Assembly (NCBI GenBank): GCA_963778115.1
Contig: CAVZSV010000006.1
Coordinates: 32,001 to 96,000, forward strand
DNA length: 64,000 nt
Origin: an uncultured delta proteobacterium
GTDB lineage: Bacteria; Bdellovibrionota; FAC87; UBA2466
Reading direction: 5' to 3'
The notes beneath the pieces are model-generated. The model searched no databases. It saw nothing but the letters and a program-made list of their open reading frames with translations, and had not been told where the DNA came from. The position numbers and the translations under genes were made by a program. Position 1 is the first letter of the stretch, and every line of letters begins with the position of its first letter. Positions 59,074-64,000 of the stretch are shown one piece after another.

Positions 59074-60333
59074 CTAGCTATTTGATTTAGGCGCTTCGGT
59101 GGTTCCTTCCTTCGCGGGTTCCGGAGCTTTAGGCTTTTGGTCCTCTTTGAGTTCATTTTCCGCCTTGTTCACACCCTTCTTAGCGGTTTCAAGGGAAGCG
59201 ATGGCCTCTGCGAGTTTTTTCTTGAGCGACGCCAATTCCGCTTTTTGAGCCTCATCATCTTTCGAGAGCGTGTCGACCTTTGCTTGTAGCGTCTGGATCA
59301 CCGTTTCGCGCGTGCTTACGTCTTTCTGCGCTTGAGCCAAGTTGTCGGAGGCTGTTTTTAGTTCCCCCTCTGTCTTTTTCAGTTTGGCGTCCGTCTTGGC
59401 CAGAGCCGCTTTTGTTTCATCCGCTTGCTTTTGAGCCGCGGCTGCGTTCTGCTGGGCGGCCGTGATCTCAGCTTTTTGTTTTTCGATGAGTTTAGTATTC
59501 GAGGCCTCTTTGGCTACTGCTTGATCCAAGAGTGCCGAGGCTTTGGCTAAGTCTGATTTCGCTGCGTTGACTTGGTCGACTCCCTTTTGAAGGTCAGTCT
59601 TGTTTCTTTCGGCGAGGATACTCTCGTTCTCTTTGACAGCGTCCGGTAAGAGAACCAGATCGTCAAATTTGCCCGCCGCTAGTTTTACTTCACAGACAGG
59701 TTTTAATCCTTTTTCTGCTTCACAGAGTCTGACAATAGTCGGAATGAAGATCACAGTTCCGTCCTTAGCGGCGTTTTTCTGAAGGGACAGTAAGCCGACC
59801 TCGAACTGCGGCTTTTCCTCTCCCTTTTTGTAAAGATCATACTCGACCAGCCCCGGGGTGGCCTTTGCCTTGTGTACTTTATAGGTGAGTTCGAACTTAG
59901 CTCTCTTAATGTCCGTCATGACCGGTTCCGAAGCAGGGACATCTAAAAATTCGATGACACCGGGGCCTGTGGCGTGCACGGCACCGTTAGTCATTTGAAT
60001 GGGCCGAACGATCTGAACCGCGTTCTTATCGGCCGAAAAATCCTTATCGGTGGTTTGCAGGTATTTCACCACGGGACCGGACAACGTGACTAAGTGGGCT
60101 TTGAAAGCATCATTTCCGACAATGGTAGTTTCCCATCCGGTCTCATCATGGAGAGCACCCGTCTTGGCGTCTGTTTTGACCGCGGACGAGAGAGGGTCGA
60201 TCGCGGGAACGGCCGCGGGTGCCGCTACGATTCCCGAAACCGGGGGGGGCCCGTTGGTATTATTTTTTTTATCGGAACAAGCCGCTGCCAGCAGCAGCGA
60301 TAAAGCGAAGAAAAATCGGCTTGAATACTTCAT
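59074..60333 (-). CDS. Lipoprotein with a long Ala/Lys-rich C-terminal coiled coil
   Basis: Lipobox LAAAC, AAAGGA RBS, heptad-rich C-terminal half. Confidence 0.8.
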   Translation of the reverse strand: MKYSSRFFFALSLLLAAACSDKKNNTNGPPPVSGIVAAPAAVPAIDPLSSAVKTDAKTGALHDETGWETTIVGNDAFKAHLVTLSGPVVKYLQTTDKDFSADKNAVQIVRPIQMTNGAVHATGPGVIEFLDVPASEPVMTDIKRAKFELTYKVHKAKATPGLVEYDLYKKGEEKPQFEVGLLSLQKNAAKDGTVIFIPTIVRLCEAEKGLKPVCEVKLAAGKFDDLVLLPDAVKENESILAERNKTDLQKGVDQVNAAKSDLAKASALLDQAVAKEASNTKLIEKQKAEITAAQQNAAAAQKQADETKAALAKTDAKLKKTEGELKTASDNLAQAQKDVSTRETVIQTLQAKVDTLSKDDEAQKAELASLKKKLAEAIASLETAKKGVNKAENELKEDQKPKAPEPAKEGTTEAPKSNS

Positions 60334-60426
60334 AATTCGATCCTTTCACATGGGCACGGTTCACGGCCTCATCAGTTTTCGTAAGAGACACAACAACAAC
60401 AGCAGCACTGTTTGAGGGTTCGGGTC

Positions 60427-60442
60427 TGCAAGTTAGGGTCCA
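60427..60442 (-). promoter_or_regulatory. Sigma54-type promoter candidate (TGGACCCTAACTTGCA)
   Basis: Exact GG-N10-GC with TTGCA, about 95 nt upstream of the lipoprotein start. Confidence 0.5.
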
Positions 60443-60545
60443 AGAGCATACGAGGCCGAAATTACGAACGGAAATTTCAGATGAAGGATCCTGCCATAGC
60501 GATGTGCAGCATATGGTCTTTATTCAGCGTTGCGAACCAGTTCCC

Positions 60546-61208
60546 TTAGGATCCAAAGGGAAGAATCTCCGAGACTAGTCGCGTTCTAAGAAAATCTAAT
60601 TTATCAAATTGGCGGTGCATACTTTGCTCGTCGGTGGAGGCAAACGCATCGGCTAGAGAAAACCATTTTAGTTCGTTCGATTCTTCCGAAACGTGAATGA
60701 GTTGGGGGTGCTTTGCGACGATGAGGTAACGTGCGTCATAGTGAACATGAGCCGCCTCATTCTTCCTTTCGGGAATGATATGACAGTCGAGATCGAAAAG
60801 TAGGGGCGGGATCGCGCCGGGGCCAAAAAAAAATTCTATCGGGGCGAACGAAAGCATCTGAAGCCCCGATTCTTCTTGGGCTTCGCGCAGTGCAGTCTGC
60901 TGTACTAGGGGATCTCCGTCGCAGTGTCCTCCTAACTGGAGCCATTTTCCTAATTTGCGATGGTGCGTGAGTAAAACGCGATCCCACTGCGGAGTCGTGA
61001 CGAGGGCCGAACCGGTGACGTGTCCTTCGGCACTCGAACGGTGAAAACAATCGGTGGTCTGTAAAACGAAATTACGGATTTCAGTTAAGTGCTCGTTTTC
61101 GAGCTTGCGATCAAAAGAACGGTAAGGAGCGGCTCCCAGGGCCCACGTCTGTTCATATTGTTCTAGTGCTTTCAGAAAAGGGCGGCGGTGCATGAATTCT
61201 TCTCTCAC
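60546..61208 (-). CDS. NUDIX hydrolase
   Basis: GHVTGSA, WLQLGGH.DG...ALREAQEESGL Nudix box, H.HYD.RY. Confidence 0.92.
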   Translation of the reverse strand: MREEFMHRRPFLKALEQYEQTWALGAAPYRSFDRKLENEHLTEIRNFVLQTTDCFHRSSAEGHVTGSALVTTPQWDRVLLTHHRKLGKWLQLGGHCDGDPLVQQTALREAQEESGLQMLSFAPIEFFFGPGAIPPLLFDLDCHIIPERKNEAAHVHYDARYLIVAKHPQLIHVSEESNELKWFSLADAFASTDEQSMHRQFDKLDFLRTRLVSEILPFGS

Positions 61209-62248
61209 TTTAGAAGGGGAATTAGAAGCTCAGTGATCCGATTAGGGTTTTGCTCGATCGTAAGTCGAGAAAGCTCTTGCGAAAAGGTGGATTGTACTTT
61301 GACTCTCCACGTGGGGTCACCCATCGTGGCAGCCATGATCTCTGAGACTTGAGACGGCTTTCGAGTCAATAATTGCACGCCCGCCGATCCTAAGGTGTCT
61401 TGAAGTCCTGTCTCAACAGTAGAAAAAATCGGAGTTCCCCGAGCCAGGGCTTCGACGATAGGAACACAAAATCCTTCGTGTTGGCTTAAGCAGACAAAGC
61501 AACTCGCGTTTGCGTATTCCTCTATGAGTTGCTTGTTAGCGATGGGACCGGTAAAGACGACTCGCCCGTGCACCCCCCATTGTTTGGCCAGAAGGCGCAC
61601 GAAGCGACCGTAAAAAGGGTCTTCGCGTCCCACCAGATGAAGGCTGGCCTGGGGATAGTGGGATGACAAATGGGCCAACGTTTCCACTAAGAGGGCCTGG
61701 TTCTTATGGGGGAGGAGCTTTCCGACAAAGAGTAAACGAAGCGCTTTTGGGCTTTCGGACCGGCTAGATCGTGAGCAAAATTGCGAGAAGTCGAGTAAGG
61801 GCAATAGTCCATTTACGGTAAATCCAGCCTTGTTAAGTTCACTGGCGTTATAAGAGGAGACCGTAAAAGTGGCCTCCACTTTTTCTTTAATCAAGGGCAA
61901 CTGTTCCCTACCCAGTCGACATAAGTCGGCCAGATAGGGATCATGAGGGAAAAAAGAGGCAGGGGTGATGTTGTGATAGACCAAAGCGCATCGTGCCTGG
62001 GTTTGCAGAATCTGGGGGAGTCTGGGATTTCCCTGAGAGTGATGGATCAGTAACCAGTCCGGCTTTCCCACGGTTTGTGGGCCTTGCCACGCTAAGGAAT
62101 GCAGTGCCATCTTTCCGCTAGCTTCATGCCGGTAGAGGTTTCCGCCAATTCCCGCTCCTTTGAGTGCGGATTGAATGAAAAGCATTTGGCTACTGACGGC
62201 GTCGGCGTCCGAAAGGGTGGCATGAAACTGATGAATCGAGATCGTCAT
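61205..62248 (-). CDS. GT4 glycosyltransferase
   Basis: DAVS, YHNITP, LFVGKLLPHKN, S.HEGFCVPIVEA. Confidence 0.9.
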   Translation of the reverse strand: MTISIHQFHATLSDADAVSSQMLFIQSALKGAGIGGNLYRHEASGKMALHSLAWQGPQTVGKPDWLLIHHSQGNPRLPQILQTQARCALVYHNITPASFFPHDPYLADLCRLGREQLPLIKEKVEATFTVSSYNASELNKAGFTVNGLLPLLDFSQFCSRSSRSESPKALRLLFVGKLLPHKNQALLVETLAHLSSHYPQASLHLVGREDPFYGRFVRLLAKQWGVHGRVVFTGPIANKQLIEEYANASCFVCLSQHEGFCVPIVEALARGTPIFSTVETGLQDTLGSAGVQLLTRKPSQVSEIMAATMGDPTWRVKVQSTFSQELSRLTIEQNPNRITELLIPLLK

Positions 62249-62490
62249 CTCGTTTTGAGTTTCTCTTTTACGGAGGGGTACTTCGCCAGCAATCGCCTTA
62301 TCGCAAAAAGAAGCGTTGGTATCCCTGTCGTTCGTCCTTCAAATAGGCGAGTCAGTAACCGAAGTTCCACTTTCTCTTTAGCGGATAGATGTCCTTTAGA
62401 GCGCTCCGAGGAAAAGGCTTTCAATAAGGTGAAGCGCCGAGCTTTGACCTGCTCTTCAAAAATGGGATGGGACGGGATACCAAAATCCAT
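62245..62490 (-). CDS. Small basic hypothetical protein (81 aa)
   Basis: ATG overlaps the thiolase stop (TAATG) and its own stop overlaps the GT4 start (ATGA). Confidence 0.6.
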   Translation of the reverse strand: MDFGIPSHPIFEEQVKARRFTLLKAFSSERSKGHLSAKEKVELRLLTRLFEGRTTGIPTLLFAIRRLLAKYPSVKEKLKTR

Positions 62491-63668
62491 TAGGGGATCG
62501 CCTCCACGAGAAGGGCAGAAGCCTCTCCCCCTCCGATGCAAAGGGAAGCAATGCCCAAACGTTTGCCCTCTTGGCGAAGCGCGTGGATAAGGGTTGTAAG
62601 AATGCGAGCCCCGCTAGCTCCGATGGGATGTCCCAGCGCTACCGCACCTCCGCGCACATTAAGTTTCGACTCATCGATTTCGAGCTCCTTGACGCAGGCC
62701 AGGGCCACTACCGAGAAGGCCTCGTTAATCTCAAACAGATCGATGTCACTAATCTTAAGCTTAGCTCGCTCTAAAAGGCGACGGATGGCTCCTACGGGTG
62801 CCGTCGTAAACCACTCGGGTGCTTGGGCGAAACTGGCCTGAGCCAAAACCCTTGCGATAGGACGCAATCCCCGGCTCTTTGCGATCTCCGCCGTCGTAAG
62901 AACAACAGCCGCGGCTCCGTCACTTAAGGAGCTGGCATTAGCCGCCGTAATGGTTCCCGTCTTTTGAAACGCGGGCCTAAGGTCCGCGAACTTATCTAAT
63001 TTGGCTTTGAAAGGCTCTTCATCTTGGTCGACGGTGATTTTGGTCTTCCCCAAATCCACTTCGATAGGAACAATCTCTTCGCTGAATTTACCTGCCTGAA
63101 TAGCGTGGAGGGCTTTTTGATAACTCTGGGTCGCAAATCGGTCCTGGATTTCCCGGGTGAATTTTCGTTCGGAAGCACAGAGTTCGGCGGCGTCGCCCAT
63201 GTGGTAATTGTGGTAGACGTCCCATAGGCCGTCGTGAATCATCGAGTCGATAACCTTTTGATTGCCCATGCGGTATCCTTCGCGAGCGCGATCGAGAAGG
63301 TAAGGGGCGCGGCTCATACTCTCCATTCCGCCAGCGACCACCATTTCTGCATCCTCCGTTTGCAGCATTTGGGTTGCCCACATGACCGACTTAAGTCCAC
63401 TCCCGCAGACTCGGTTGATCGTGGTGCATCGGACCGAAGTCGGCAACTCTGCAAAAAGTGCGGCTTGGCGCGCGGGCGCCTGTCCGACTCCCGCCGTAAG
63501 CACGTTTCCCATCAAACACTCGTCTATTTTATCCAACGGTATTTGAGCCCGCTTTACCGCTTCTCGGATGGCCGAGGCTGCTAGTTTTGGGGCGGGAACA
63601 TCCTTTAGTCCCCCCAAGAAAGCTCCAATAGGGGTACGGCAGGCGGACAATATGACGACTTCTTTCAT
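62490..63668 (-). CDS. Acetyl-CoA C-acetyltransferase (thiolase)
   Basis: RTPIG, NRVCGSG, EINEAF, GHPIGASG, CIGGG. Confidence 0.96.
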   Translation of the reverse strand: MKEVVILSACRTPIGAFLGGLKDVPAPKLAASAIREAVKRAQIPLDKIDECLMGNVLTAGVGQAPARQAALFAELPTSVRCTTINRVCGSGLKSVMWATQMLQTEDAEMVVAGGMESMSRAPYLLDRAREGYRMGNQKVIDSMIHDGLWDVYHNYHMGDAAELCASERKFTREIQDRFATQSYQKALHAIQAGKFSEEIVPIEVDLGKTKITVDQDEEPFKAKLDKFADLRPAFQKTGTITAANASSLSDGAAAVVLTTAEIAKSRGLRPIARVLAQASFAQAPEWFTTAPVGAIRRLLERAKLKISDIDLFEINEAFSVVALACVKELEIDESKLNVRGGAVALGHPIGASGARILTTLIHALRQEGKRLGIASLCIGGGEASALLVEAIP

Positions 63669-63867
63669 GGGATTTTCCTTTTCCTTATTTCTTGCTTTGG
63701 CTTTCGTTTTTACCGGATAACAAGCTCATTGGCATTTCCCGGTGCGTTCAGCTAAAGTACGGGTCGTTATTAAAACGGGGCAGACGTAAGCATTTTCCAT
63801 AATGGAACCAAAAACGTAATAGTTATAGGCCTTTTAGGCTTTAAAATAGACTCTTAAGTGACTCATC

Positions 63868-64000
63868 ATGAACATCGAACTAACGGAAAAGTACGATGCC
63901 AAGGCCATCGAAGGCAAGTGGCAACAGGTCTGGGATAAGCAGAAGACGTTTCGAGCTTCCCATCCCAACGAGGACCCTAAGCGGCGTCCCAAATATTACT
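63868..64000 (+). CDS. leuS: Leucyl-tRNA synthetase, 5' fragment (runs off the window)
   Basis: MNIELTEKYDAKAIEGKWQQVWDKQKTF...PKYY matches the LeuRS N-terminus. ValRS has a similar start, so the call is not certain. Confidence 0.75.
   Translation, partial: MNIELTEKYDAKAIEGKWQQVWDKQKTFRASHPNEDPKRRPKYY

Noticed and set aside
58795..59090. ORFs with poly-(SL) and poly-(LN) tracts
   Set aside because: They are translations of the hexamer microsatellite, cross a terminator and have no convincing RBS.
1..64000. Numerous 60-170 aa antisense or alternate-frame ORFs; rRNA, tRNA, prophage or defence systems
   Set aside because: The short ORFs are shadows of well-supported genes, and I recognised no RNA-gene, phage or defence signatures by eye.

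Overview
A 64-kb bacterial chromosomal segment of roughly 50% GC (by eye). A TIGR02147-family gene, a TPR/winged-helix regulator and many secreted hypotheticals suggest a Bdellovibrionota-like host (inference). In order it holds: (1) a lipid-carrier glycosylation island (split transketolase, NAD-dependent epimerase, GtrB-like GT2, three GT-C-like membrane proteins including YfhO-like and TMTC-like) next to a Ser/Thr/Gly-rich secreted NHL propeller protein; (2) gltB with no adjacent gltD; (3) a complete IS50/Tn5-like IS4 element with a 9-bp target duplication and a frameshifted transposase; (4) a TolC-EmrA-EmrB pump with divergent TetR, plus an orphan RND transporter; (5) a Pls-like single-module membrane NRPS with its PPTase; (6) a regulator plus secreted-protein module (38.8-47.2 kb) in which two transcription units share a duplicated upstream element (identical 26-mer, covarying hairpin, sigma70-like promoter) and two secreted proteins share a GGESxxGG motif; (7) assorted stress and housekeeping genes, a REP-like inverted pair, an intergenic (TTAAAC)17 microsatellite, and the 5' end of leuS. 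I found no rRNA, tRNA or CRISPR array. All family assignments come from motif recognition by eye, not database searches.
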